A stretch of 63,807 nt of DNA, filler included, from Olpidium bornovanus S191 (taxonomy: Eukaryota > Fungi > Olpidiomycota): assembly GCA_017911155.1 (NCBI GenBank). It is 29 parts of 29 records of this genome, joined end to end, with 100 filler letters (N's around TTAATTAATTAA, not from the genome) between each part and the next. Parts side by side here need not be neighbours in the genome. Positions count along the whole stretch, not along the records: positions 1 to 2,497 come from JAEFCI010007728.1; positions 2,598 to 4,825 come from JAEFCI010008118.1; positions 4,926 to 8,039 come from JAEFCI010000829.1; positions 8,140 to 9,962 come from JAEFCI010007584.1; positions 10,063 to 12,737 come from JAEFCI010002604.1; 24 more parts are not named here. The stretch is one strand, 5' to 3'. The translations under genes and the position numbers were made by a program. Each line of letters starts with the position of its first letter. Positions within the stretch are counted from its first letter, which is position 1. Positions 1-11,130 of this stretch are shown here, in pieces. A model generated the notes under the pieces. It saw nothing but the letters and a program-made list of their open reading frames with translations, had not been told where the DNA came from and did no database searches.

Positions 1-1107
1 CATGCGAACCCCGCCCGCGCAACGTCCGCTTCCCCCCGGCCCGCTCTGCGGATATTTGATCAGATTTAGGCTCCGGGGCGCCGCGCCACGCGTCAGGACG
101 CCCGCTTCCTCGGCTCCGGCTTCCCGCCCCCCCCCGAGGGTTTCGCAAAATATTAAGCCGCCGCCGCCCCCGCCAGTGCAGAAGGGCCGCCTGGCCCGTG
201 TGAGTCTCGGCCTGCCGCCATCGGCGCTCGGGTGCGGCGGAAAGGACCCTGCGATCTCTCTCCCGCCTTCTCGTCCAGAGGGAAGCGGCCAAATGAAGAT
301 GTAAAAAAATAAACAAAAAAGCCCTCCGCCCCGCGAAAACCTCTTCCCCCCAACGTCTGCAGCTTTGGTCGAGACGGGGAACGACGAAGAGAAACGCGTC
401 CGAGCAGAAAATTCAAGCTTGGCCCGCCTTCGCAGCCGGCCGGACGAAAAAGCAGAAAAATGAAGAGGTGCGGCGTAACCGAAAAAAAAATGAAAAGTAA
501 ACATCAAACCCCAGGAGGGCAGCCTTCCCGCGAGCTCGCGGAGGGGTGTTTTTTTGGTGTTTCATTTGATCGATGCCGAGTGACCGCTTTCCCCTTCCCT
601 CCGGGCGTCGAAACCGGAGAGTACCGGCGTATTTTTTTTCTCGGCTTTTTTTTTCTTTTCACGACATTTCGCAGAGTCGACTTGGCCGCTTCATGTTTTT
701 TTCCCCCACATTTCGCGCAGAAAGGGAACGCCGGGCCGGAGAGACGGGGCGGTTGTGGGGGAAGAGAAGCGGCGGCGGCGGCCGTGCGCCTTTCGGGGCG
801 CAGCGACGGAGTTAACGAGGAAACGACGAGGAGAGAAGAAAGAAGACGTCAAAGGAAGAGTGGGAAGATACAGGACAAACCTGCGGGTAAGCAAACCAAA
901 GGAGGTAATTCTTATTTTTTTTTTTCTGTCTCTTTGGGAGCGGAGGATGGGGGACCGAGCGATCGCCGTTTGCATGGTTTTCCTTTTCTTTTTTTGTCGT
1001 TTTCCCCTTTTTTCGGCCGCGTCTGCTTCGCGAGCTTTTCGCGAGCTCGTGGAAGGGGGAAAACGGCGGCGGGCGCGGGGCGGCCGCGCGGCGCGGCGCG
1101 CTCACAT

Positions 1108-2084
1108 CTATCGTTGTCTGACGTGAGAGAGAGCCGTCAGGAGAAACACCAGGAGGACGGCGGTCAGGACCGCGCTGACGACGGTGGCCTGCCGGTTCCT
1201 CTTCCTCCAGTCGTACGGCCTTCCGACGGCCCCTTCCTTGTGCCGCGGGACGTAGACGGACCCGAGCCACCAGGCTGGAGCGAACACGAACCCGGCGGCG
1301 AACAGCACCGAGCCCAGCGGGGGCACCCGCAGCGCGGAGCGGCGCCCCGTCAGAGCCTTTTCGCCCGGCGCCCGGGGGATCCCGCCGGCGAACCCGTCGA
1401 AGCCCGACTGGTGCTGCGGGGGCTTGAACATGTCCAACCTCTGCCCGCCGGCCGCCGCCGGCGGCGGGGCGGGGAGCACCGGCGCCAGCGAGTCCACCCG
1501 CCAGCCGATCTCCAGGTCCCCGTCGGCGTTGGCCTCGAAAGCAAAGTCGGCGGCGCCCGGGTACCTGATCTCGACGGCGTCGTCGCCGAACGCGTCGCCG
1601 AAGCGCACGGCCCGCAAGACCTCGGCGGAGGAGAACGCGCGGCTGCGCCGGAACGCCGTGCTGCAGTACACCGCCTTGGGCAGCGACGCGATGGACGCCG
1701 ACGACCCCGGCGAGTCGCACGCCGTCAGCGACGACAACGAGACCGTGCTGCCGCCGGGCGAAGCGGTCGACGCCGCGGAGGGCGGCGGCGCCCCGCCGCC
1801 GCCCCGCTCGCCCGCCGACGCGGCGAAGGGCGCCCCCCGGACCGCCGCGTCCCTACAACGCCCAATCATCATCTCCTCGGGCCGCGCCGGCCGGCAGAAA
1901 TCCCCCGCCTTCGGCTGCGGCGCTCCTCCTCCTCCTCCTCCTCCTCCTCCTCCTCCTCCCCCTACTCCGCGCTTGCGCCCGCCGCCGCCGCCCGGCACGG
2001 CGCCGCCCTGGACGGCCAACCCGGTCCGCGCGGCGGCCGATCGGCAGCGAACGCGCCCGGCGTCGGTCCAAACGGCGGCCGTCA
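1108..2084 (-). CDS. Hypothetical membrane protein with a C-terminal two-TM hairpin; true start uncertain
   Basis: Long open frame with a Gly/Ser/Ala-rich N-terminus. It ends LFAAGFVFAPAWWLGSVYV...WRKRNRQATVVSAVLTAVLLVFLLTAL, resembling the fungal LF..GF.FPP.W..G / WR..CR two-helix tail. Confidence 0.6.
1924..1963 (+). repeat. (CCT)n microsatellite encoding a poly-Gly run on the minus strand
   Basis: About 12 tandem CCT units, read directly. Confidence 0.9.
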
Positions 2085-2180
2085 TCCTGCGGTGCGAGGA
2101 AAGGCGAAACAACAACCCGGGCGTGGTCGGAACGACGGATCCGGCCGGCGAGATCCCCCACCTCCCCACCTCGAGGGAAC

Positions 2181-2217
<37 letters not shown>

Positions 2218-2497
2218 GGGAAGAGGAGAGAAAGCGAAACGAGGAGAGAAAGCGAAAACGAGGAGGAGAGCGCAAAACGAAGAAGGGGGCGGCGCAAAAC
2301 GAGGGGAAAAGGGAGGCGGGGCGAACCCGCAACGAGAGAAGGGGGAGAGCGACGCAAAGAAGCTTCGGCGTCGACACAGATGGGGCAGGAACAGTCTACG
2401 TTGGTCTGCGACGCGGCAGCGATTGCGCGGGACCTCCCAGCAGAGCCTCGGGCGCGTCTCCTCTCGCCCATCGGGGCCGCCATCGACCACACTACGC

Positions 2498-2597
2498 NNN
2501 NNNNNNNNNNNNNNNNNNNNNNNNNNNNNNNNNNNNNNNNNTTAATTAATTAANNNNNNNNNNNNNNNNNNNNNNNNNNNNNNNNNNNNNNNNNNNN
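2498..2597. other. Artificial contig spacer (first of 28): N-run + TTAATTAATTAA six-frame stop + N-run, 100 nt
   Basis: The same cassette starts at 2498, 4826, 8040, 9963, 12738, 13890, 16109, 18770, 21093, 23243, 24842, 26363, 28014, 29462, 31473, 34765, 36452, 38623, 41457, 43642, 47985, 50096, 51471, 54115, 55748, 57595, 59255 and 61941. Confidence 0.98.
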
Positions 2598-2907
2598 CGC
2601 ACACGCTCTCCGTCCTCGCTTAACTCTCTCCTTCTTTTTCTCCCCTGGCCTCTCTCTCTTCCTCTCCCCTCGCCTCTCCCTCTCTCCTCCCGCCCCACGC
2701 CGAAATACCCCCCCCCCCACCCACCCGACGATAATCCCCCCCCGCCCCCCTACCGACCAACACCGATACCATCCCGGCCCCCCTCGCAACGGCCGGAACG
2801 TCTCCCTTGGCGGGACCATATTTACCACAGATACCCAGCCCCTTTGCCGAGCCAGCAAAAAAAAAAAGAAGTGCCGCGCACACGCACCCCCGCCCGTTGC
2901 GCCAGTG

Positions 2908-4607
2908 ATGTCGCCGCAGTCCGCGAGTCCGTCTGGCCGCCGCCCGCCGCCGCCCGCCGCTTTTTTCGCCGGACCGCCCTCGGCCGCCGGCGCGGGCGGA
3001 GGTGCGGCCCGCACGCCCGCCCGGTCTCCCGCGGAGGCGGTGTCCCCGTCGCCCGCGTCCGCGCCGCCCGCTCTGCCGGGTCTCCGCCACCCGGCGCTGC
3101 TGGGCGGCAAGGCACACCAGCACCCGGCCGGCGGCTTTCCTTTCGCCGGCCCCCGCGACTCGGGCTTCAGGCTGCCGCCGGACGAGTCGACGCCCGCCGC
3201 ACAGGCCAACGCGAGGCCACAGGCCCGCTCCGCCGGGCCGGCGGCGAGGGCCGCCGCCGCGAACGCCCCGCCCCCGGCAGGATTTCCCATGAACATCGCC
3301 TTCGGCGTCCCGTCCGGCACCCCCGCGGAGATGGCCGAGGCCATGCTGTCGACGCACTTCAGCGAGATGTTCGCCGCGTCGCAGCGGTCGGACGCCAGCA
3401 GGTCGCCGCCGGGCGATCGCCGCCACAGGCGCCACCACTCCTTCCTGCCCAGGCGGAGGCTGGCGATTTCCAGTCCCACCCTCGTCGCCTCTTCGACCGC
3501 CCGGAAGGACACCATACCCATAGTCAGGCCGGCGGACGACGCCGGGGAGGTGGTGCGGCGCGGCCGGCGGAACAGCTTGCCCCAGTCCGAGCTGGGTCTC
3601 GTCAAGCGGCTGCTCCGGCAGGCTATCTCAATGTCGCCGAAGCTCAAAGCCTTCGGCGGGCCCGCCTCCGCCCCGGAAGACGACTCCGGTTCCAGCACCT
3701 CCGGTTCCCGTTGTTCTTCCGCGGGGCGGGGCCCGGACATCTTGTACCCGAGGGAAGAGACCCGGCCGTCCTCCCGGCAGCGGACCGGGGAGGCCGGCGC
3801 GGCGCCGCGAAGGACGTCTCCTCCTTCTCACCCGGAGGTGCCGGACGGCCCCCCGGGGTTTCCCCACGAAATCCCCGTCGCCGGCCCGGCGTCGTCCGCG
3901 CCGAAATCCCTCCCCACCGCCGGGCCATCGCCACCGGACACCGCCTCGTCAAAAGAGTCCCCCGCCGCGGGATTCGTCTCTCTCACCGAAGCGGATCACA
4001 AGTGGATTACCCCCGAGCGAGACAAGGAAGCCGTGGAGGCGGATGACGCCGATGTGGACAGGCTGAGCCGGATGATGCGCGCCGCGGCGTGCAGGGAGAA
4101 GACGTTCATCCGGGAGATCACGAGCGCGCCCGCTCCCGCCCAACACCCCGGCGCCTTCCGCGGCCCGCAGCCCGAAGCGGCGGCGCCTTTGCCCGTCGGC
4201 TTGGGGTTGTCCTTCGCGAAGGGCTGTCACATGCCGTCGAAATCCGGCAGCGAAGAGACGTTCCGCGCCGGGGCCTGCCTGGCGTCGCCCGGGGAAAAGG
4301 CGCGCGGCGGACCGCCGGGGGTCGGCTCGCCGTTCGAGCCGGCGAGCGTCGGCTCCCGGTCGTTTTCGCCCCCGTATCCCGGCGCGACCTCGCCCCCTCC
4401 GACGCCGGATTCGGCCGGCGAAGCCGAGGGCGTCGCCGCTCTGTTCGGCCGCGCGCCGCCGCCGGCCGAGGGCGCAGAAAGCGCGGCGCGGCCGTCGCCC
4501 CCCGGACCCGTGTCCGAACCGAGCGCAAACGCGCCGCCGCCTCCCGCGTCCGCGGGACGACCAACACATCACGAAGACAACGGGGCAGACGACGGCGACA
4601 GGACCAA
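2908..4607 (+). CDS. Hypothetical Ser/Pro/Ala-rich, probably disordered protein; likely continues after an intron near 4608
   Basis: Single open frame of more than 560 codons, followed by GTAAAG and homopolymer runs. No family motif recognised. Confidence 0.5.
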
Positions 4608-4788
4608 GGTAAAGAAAAAAAAGGGGGGGGGGCAGTGCCGCGGGGCGCAGGGGAGATTCGGCGCGGCGAGCGGAGAGAGAGAGAGAGAGAAAGGGGCGTG
4701 GAGAGGAGGGGAAGGGGAGGGGGGGAGGAGGGTGGAAACGGTCCTCGCGCTGCCGAAAATGACGAAAACTCCCCACCGACGGTAAAAA

Positions 4789-4825
<37 letters not shown>

Positions 4826-5519
4826 NNNNNNNNNNNNNNNNNNNNNNNNNNNNNNNNNNNNNNNNNNNNTTAATTAATTAANNNNNNNNNNNNNNNNNNN
4901 NNNNNNNNNNNNNNNNNNNNNNNNNATGGGGTTAGTGCCTATGGGTACCGGTAGAGCGTGAGATGGCCGCGAGCAAATATTCCTTATGACGCCACCCGGC
5001 GGAGGTGTGAAATAGGTCTGCATCTGTGGACCTCCGCCCCTTCATGCGTGCGCCGGTTTGTGGCATATCGGGTGATATTAGATGTACCAACTGAAAAGAA
5101 TTGCTCATCCCTTTTCCAACAAAATGTGACATACAACATACGGGTTGCTCCAGGATGCAGCCGATAAATGGCTACCGAGCCCCCTTCGGGCGTCAAACCC
5201 CCCCCCCCCCCCCCCCCCCTCCCACCACAACATACAGGTGGGCCACGAGGCAGCCGGTAGCAATGTTGGAAAAGGAAAATCATGTGAATTTGCTCCTTTA
5301 TATGAAGGCAAAGCAAAGCTGTCAAACGAGTTTTCCGGTATCTACAATGCTCGGCACACTTTAGAATCAGACAAACCGGTCGCAAGTATGAGACCGGCCT
5401 CGCCATGTTCAAATACTTTGACTGGGCCGGCTGTTGGGAAACCTGAGCGTCAATAACGGGATGGGCGGCGGCGACGTACCAAGGAGGGCCGATCTAATGG
5501 AGGTAGGCTCGCCAAAAAT

Positions 5520-5850
5520 GTGTTGCCATGTCATCATGTGAAGCTAAGTTCGTCCCCGGATCTATGGCAGCACAAGAAGTCACATGGCCGAGATCGATAT
5601 TCAAGAACACAGATGTTGACATTGTCAACGAACCAACTCCGCTCTATATCGACAATTCCGGAGCATCCGAGCTTGCGGCTGACGCCAAAACGCCAAGGCG
5701 ATCAAAGCATACAGACATCCGGTACCACCACTTGCAAAAAGTGCCATGCAGACAAGGTTGTCACCATCGAGCCGGTCAGCTCAGCAGAAAATATCGCAGA
5801 CGTCTTCACCAGGCCGCTTGACCGCATTAGGTTTGAGGGAATTCCGAGAG
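5520..5850 (+). mobile_element. Ty1/copia RNase H remnant, frameshifted
   Basis: SSCEAKF..AAQEVTWPRSIF..PTPLYIDNSGASELA..RSKHTDIRYH, then in another frame VSSAENIADVFTRPL. This matches the copia RNase H consensus. Confidence 0.9.
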
Positions 5851-5976
5851 AAGTTCGGCATGTGCCGAGAAACACGAGAGCCACAAACCGCCCGAAAGAA
5901 AAAATAAAAAGGAAGATGACTGTGAATTACAGAGAATAAGAGTGACCATGGGCAAGGTGCACTCAGTGAGGCGGGG

Positions 5977-6193
5977 TGTTGAGAATAAAGGAGTAAAATA
6001 AAGGAAGAGGCTGAGTTGCGGATGCACTACAAGCACCAGTCCCTGTTGCCCTTGCGTATGAATCCTTAAATCGCCCTATAAAAAGGGTGATACTGACACA
6101 GTGTCAAAAATACAGTCTTTGCTCCGTCCTCTCCCTCACGAACTCGTCCTGGGGTCTTTGCAAATTCTCATTCTGGTTTTCCAAAACTCAACA
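5977..6193 (+). repeat. Copia 3' LTR, 217 bp, preceded by a polypurine tract
   Basis: GAGGCGGGG at 5968-5976, then TGTTGAG...CTCAACA, a 7-bp perfect terminal inverted repeat. An internal TATAAAAA lies near 6077. It sits downstream of the RNase H remnant. Confidence 0.85.
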
Positions 6194-6989
6194 GGGGGAA
6201 GAAAGGGAAGGGAGGGGGGGGGGAGGGGAAGGGAGGGAGAGAGGTCAGTGGTGGGTGAGGCGAAAGGGATAAAATAGCGGCCTCTCTCTCTCTGGGTCCC
6301 CAAATCGCACGTCGCGCAACTGAAGAATCACCAGTCGAATCCGGTCAAGAGAACACCGTACGCGTAGAGAATGAACGCCGCAGGGAGAGAGGGGGAGTGG
6401 GAGAGAGATTGAGGGAAAACCAGCGACGGAAGCGCGATCGAGCAAATGTGGTTATGCGTAGCGAAGTACCAGCGCAAAAGTACGAGCGTGGTCCCGGCGA
6501 CTCCACACGTGAACGTGCCCTTCCAGAATTGTATTTGGCATATAGTCCTGTTGACTGGTCTTCTGCGGTTTGTTCCGTCGAATTTGAACGATGTTGAGGG
6601 AGTTTATACGTTTTGTGGAGCAAGAATTGACGCCGCATCACTCCGCGCAGTTCGTGCTAGCCGCTTCGCCGCCTGGGAACCTGCGTCGGTTCACCGTCTC
6701 GTGTGCTTACGCCAATAATCGCGTTCGCAGAGTGCGCTGACTTTATCACCGACCTTTTCGCCCCGCCTTCCTTCCCCAGGCTAATCCTGCCCGCCAATCC
6801 CGACCGCCGAATCCGCCCACCTGACACTCGCAGCCCCCGCCGGCCGCAGCTGGGAGCGGCAAGGAAGGGGGAAGTGGTGTGTGGGGGGGGGGGGGGGGGG
6901 GAAGGGGGGGGGGAAGCCGGGGCCCGCCTTGCGTCGCCCCGCCGTTCCTTCGTCGACCCCCCCGGCTTACCTGGTTCTCGGCGACTCCC

Positions 6990-7845
6990 CGGGTCGTGCT
7001 GTTCGACAGGTCAAGGTGCGTAATTCGGGCGTCCGCGCCCCCGGCGGACGGGCGGCGGGTCCCGGGAGCTGCCGGGCCCGCCGTCCACCTTTCTCAGCAC
7101 CTGCTCACCGTACTGCAAAACGCGGGGGTCCTCAGGTTTCCGCAGGTGCATCAGATCCCTCTACAGGTGCGCAGGCCCAAACGTGCACCCCCTTTTTAGC
7201 CGCAAGTTATATAGCGTTCTCGTTGAAGCGTCCCAAACACCCTTCCCTTTTTCCCTCCCTTCGCGAAAAGGTTCGGCGAGCTGCCGGAGTGCTCCGAGAT
7301 TTACGAGGACTTCAAAGCGTGCAGCAGGGCGAAAATGGGGAGCAAGCGCAACGCCACGGTGCGTTTGCGGCCGGAACCTTCCATCGGCCGAACCGACCCG
7401 GCCTGGTCCGGCATGTTTCGGTCGGGTCACGGGAAACGATGCGACCGTTCCTCGCTTCGCTGAAGTGCCCGCCCCGGTCGTTTCTCGTCCCGTTTGATGA
7501 TCCAGCGGATCCTGCGCGAGCGCAAGCGGGAGAAAGAGCTGGCGAAACAGGCGACCGGCTCCGCCCTGGACGTCTGGGAAGAGCGAACGTGCGTCCGCCG
7601 CCCCCGGCTTCGCGCCGGCGGCTTTGTTTTTTTTTTTTTTTTTTTTCGTGTCAAAATCTTCTTCTTCCGCGCCGTCCGGATTTTTCGCCCGCCGCCCTCT
7701 TTGCGCCCCTTTTCGTGACCGGGCATCTTTTTCGCGCCCCGCGTTTTTCTGCTCGACCGACGCACAAAACGCCACGCGCAGTGATGGCCCGCCGGAGATT
7801 TTCTGGAGGAGCCCCGACCAGGAGTTTGAAGACACGGAGCGGTAG
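6990..7845 (+). CDS. Emi1 / C22orf39 (DUF3128)-like small Cys-rich protein, multi-exon; 5' end uncertain
   Basis: Spliced reading ...CIRSLYR|FGELPECSEIYEDFKACSRAKMGSKRNAT...MIQRILRERK...SALDVWEERT|DGPPEIFW. It matches the recalled YRYG..C...DF..C and DIWEER motifs, with GT-AG junctions in phase. Confidence 0.55.
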
Positions 7846-8374
7846 AGGGCTTGAGGCCAATGGACGCAGACCTACGGTCAGCGCTGCTTCGCATCATTGA
7901 CGCCTTCAATGGGGTCAGGCATGGGGTTGAGGCAGATCCGAACCGTGCACCAGTGTACCCATCGAAACACCTTTGGGACTCAGGTGGAATCAAGCAGAAT
8001 ACCTACTTTTGATTCCACCCGAACCTTCCGGGAACATCCNNNNNNNNNNNNNNNNNNNNNNNNNNNNNNNNNNNNNNNNNNNNTTAATTAATTAANNNNN
8101 NNNNNNNNNNNNNNNNNNNNNNNNNNNNNNNNNNNNNNNGGGAAGGGGGGAACTGCAACGCGTTCGGCCCTGGCAACGCGTTGAGAGAGGGAAAGCCGAA
8201 TGATCTACCCTAACAACGGCCCCGCGCGCCGGAATCCTGCCCTTCGGCTTTGGATTATCGCAATCTGGTTCTGGAAATCCGCCCCGCCCTTCGACTCTTC
8301 CCACTGCGTTCCCTTTTTCTTCACAACAGGCGGCACATCCCTCCCCCCGCCTTCCCCTCTTCTTTCCGGGACTA

Positions 8375-9713
8375 CAGTCGTACCTCTGCTAACTTATATC
8401 CTTCTAGATTATAACATCTGCTAAGTCATTGGATTTTCCCGGAACAAAGTTCGTCCTATGGTCACTAAATTATAGATTATAATATTGAGATGTGTCACAA
8501 AAATAACTTAGTAGAGGTAAAGGATTCATTGGATTCCCTGGATTTTTGATAAACCACAACTTAGTGGAGGGAAAATTTTAGAGAAACTTATTACAGCCAA
8601 AAATCAAGGGTGGTCTGGTGGATAGGTTGGAAGCGAAGGGATGTCTGAAAATCGCGAAGGCATTTACGGACGGTGCAGTGGCTCTCATCCGTAAGGCTCT
8701 CGTCCGTAAGATCAAGCATGGAAAGGATGACACCAATGCTATGGAGCTTCTCATTTTTCGAGTAAACCACCTGCTCCAGCTGCTCTTCTCTATCACCTTT
8801 CTCCTCCTCCTCCTCTTGCTGGATCAAGCCAACAATTTCATTATCCGTCAGCTACGCGTGTGCTGCTTGATCCTCTTCCATGGGATTCAGAAGGAAGGCG
8901 GTTGCCATTGGATTCTGTAGATGCAGCGAGTTGAGTGCCTCTTGCAAATCTCTCTCCACGGCTGCCTCTGCTGGATCGATGGTGGCTTCTTCCACCTCGC
9001 CATTTGCCTCAATGTTAAACAGCGTGGTGTGCCGGAAGCAGTTGGCGATGGTTTCTGGACTTATCTCAGACCAGGCAGCAAGGAACCACCGCAGCCGTCA
9101 AGTGGTCAACCTTGTAGATGTTCTACTCCCCATGGTCGTCCCTGTCTACAGCATGCTGAAGATGGATCCGCCAATAATGGCGCTTGAAGGCTTAAATGAT
9201 GCCAACACCCGTTGGCTGGACATGCGATGTAGTGTCGGGGGGCAGCAATTGTACGTAAACATTGCTCAGCTCCAGTCCGTCTGTGTCGTGGGAGGGGGCG
9301 TTGTCAAGAAGGAGGAAGACACGGCGTCTATTTATCTGATCAAAGAGCCGGCCGGGCAAATGGTCGGACGACAGTTAGTGGTAGGTGCTGTTAGACTTCA
9401 CCCAACCGTGAAACTTATCTTCATTGAATTTTGTTGGCCATTCCTGGAAGACCGCCCGTGTCATCCACGCCTTTTTATTGTTGAGGTAATAAAACCCAGT
9501 TTCCCACCAATCTCTCCGCCGCGCGCTCTCTCTCCGCCGCGCGCTCTCTGGCGGCAACGCTTCTCGGGGTTTCTCAAATTGTACAGGCCGTTTTCTGTGG
9601 GTTTTTGTTTCGGAGACGTAGGGGGGGTGTAGTGCCTCTCCTAAGTTATATCCTCTGCGAAGTTATAGTTGGGGGCCCTCCACCGGTCCTATAACTTAGC
9701 AGAGGTACGACTG
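8375..9713 (-). mobile_element. pogo/Tigger-type (DDE_1) DNA transposon, internally deleted and non-autonomous, 1339 bp
   Basis: 24-bp TIRs (CAGTCGTACCTCTGCTAACTTATA at 8375-8398, inverse at 9690-9713, one mismatch) flanked by TA on both sides. Minus-strand remnants: YYLNNKKAWMTRAVFQEW, VFLLLDNAPSH, LPPDTTSHVQPTGVGIIKPFKRHY, and C-terminal QTTLDFWL. Confidence 0.92.
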
Positions 9714-9903
9714 TACCGGGCTTGTCTCAGGAGTCACGGTCGCTCGCGTGAGCCGCCTTGGCGCTCTGGGTTCTCGTGGCGCTGGTTTTTTGGCGTTAGA
9801 GTTTCGCCGTCCTCGGCCGCCTCGCTCCGTTGGACTCGGGCGCCCGCTTCCTTTTCTTTCCTGCGGACGACACGCTCTCCGTCCTCCCTCGGGGCTGGGG
9901 GGG

Positions 9904-9954
<51 letters not shown>

Positions 9955-10062
9955 GCGCGGCANNNNNNNNNNNNNNNNNNNNNNNNNNNNNNNNNNNNNN
10001 NNNNNNTTAATTAATTAANNNNNNNNNNNNNNNNNNNNNNNNNNNNNNNNNNNNNNNNNNNN

Positions 10063-11130
10063 ACTCTTGGACCACCTCAGGATGGTCTGCCAAATTCCCA
10101 GGATCTTCCCAGGTGGGTTGCGTGGATCCTTCTCGTCGTATTTTGAGCTTAAGTTTTCCGCCCTTGCGAATTGATATGTCATGATGTGAGTTGTCCTTGA
10201 CTCCTCATCCTGGGTGATCCCGAGTGGTGTGCTTGGGTCCGCGGCCTTGTACAGGGTGTTCGCGTCGATTGTCACGACATATCTCTTGATGGCCTTGCGC
10301 GTTGCCGGATTCCACAGACGGTAGCCCTTGCCTGTCGTGGAGTATCCAACGAGGACCAACTTCTCTCCAGTCGGCGCTAGCTTACCTGCGTCCTCGTCGT
10401 GATCCTTCCTCAGGACATGGTCATACGCAGTGCCACCGAGTGTTCGAAGGTGGTCAAGGCTAAATTCCGTTTCTTGGTGCTGGGAATTTGCCGATCGGGG
10501 TCTTCCACTATGGTTGTTTGTGCGGAAAGCGATTGTAGAGGTATATTATCGCTCCCCATACCTCGTCCCATAGCTTCTGGGGTAAGTTGCCTGCTATTAT
10601 GATGGATCATGCTCAATCTTCCAACGTCCAGATGAACTTCTCGGCAACCCCATTCCTGCCGTACTGCCGTGCCACCTTCGCCCCCCAACTCGGTCATCGT
10701 CTCTTTTCCGATCCTTTTTTTGGCCACCGTGAGGTCCGCAAGATGACTGACATGTCGCTCGTCGTCGGTTTCACTATCAGTTGGCGCCTCAAACGATACC
10801 TTGGCGCCTTCCACCTCCTGGCCCTCAGCATTATCGTACGACGCTCTGCTCAGCCCGCTACGGTATTGGTGGTACGCCGATGACGTATGAATTGCGCACG
10901 TTGGGATGCCGGCAGGGTAGCCCCTGTACATGCCAAGAATAAGAGCACCGCAGCGGCGTTTGCCAGGCGCCCGGCTCATTCATCTCCAAATGAATCAACA
11001 TGCGCTTCGTGCGACAGGATGGTGGACCAACGCCGTCGCTCCGAGCCCCTCAGCATCTCCAGTTGTTTGCGGTTCCAGGAGAAGAGTTCCGACGCCAGTC
11101 GACGACAAATCCCATCGCCGCGCTGAGGTA
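10063..11130 (-). mobile_element. Degenerate Ty1/copia pol remnant (protease-like, integrase and SH3 segments)
   Basis: NGVAEKFIWTL, AGNLPQKLWDEVWGAIIYLYNRFP..KTP, LDHLRTLGGTAYDHV and KLVLVGYSTTGKGYRLWNP, broken by stops and frameshifts. A weaker FVVD.-ASELFSWNRKQL protease-like motif lies near 11100. Confidence 0.85.

Noticed and set aside
460-2553. Long plus-strand ORFs (697 aa, 373 aa) and many similar overlapping ORFs elsewhere
   Set aside because: They are antisense or off-frame shadows of GC-rich genes, running through homopolymers and N-gaps.
10860-10890. YADD motif on the plus strand suggesting a LINE RT
   Set aside because: It is isolated, followed by a stop, and lies within a region explained by a minus-strand copia.
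10900-10950. CSYSWHVQGLPCRH resembling a MULE SWIM finger
   Set aside because: Cys spacing is wrong and it lies between copia protease-like and integrase remnants.
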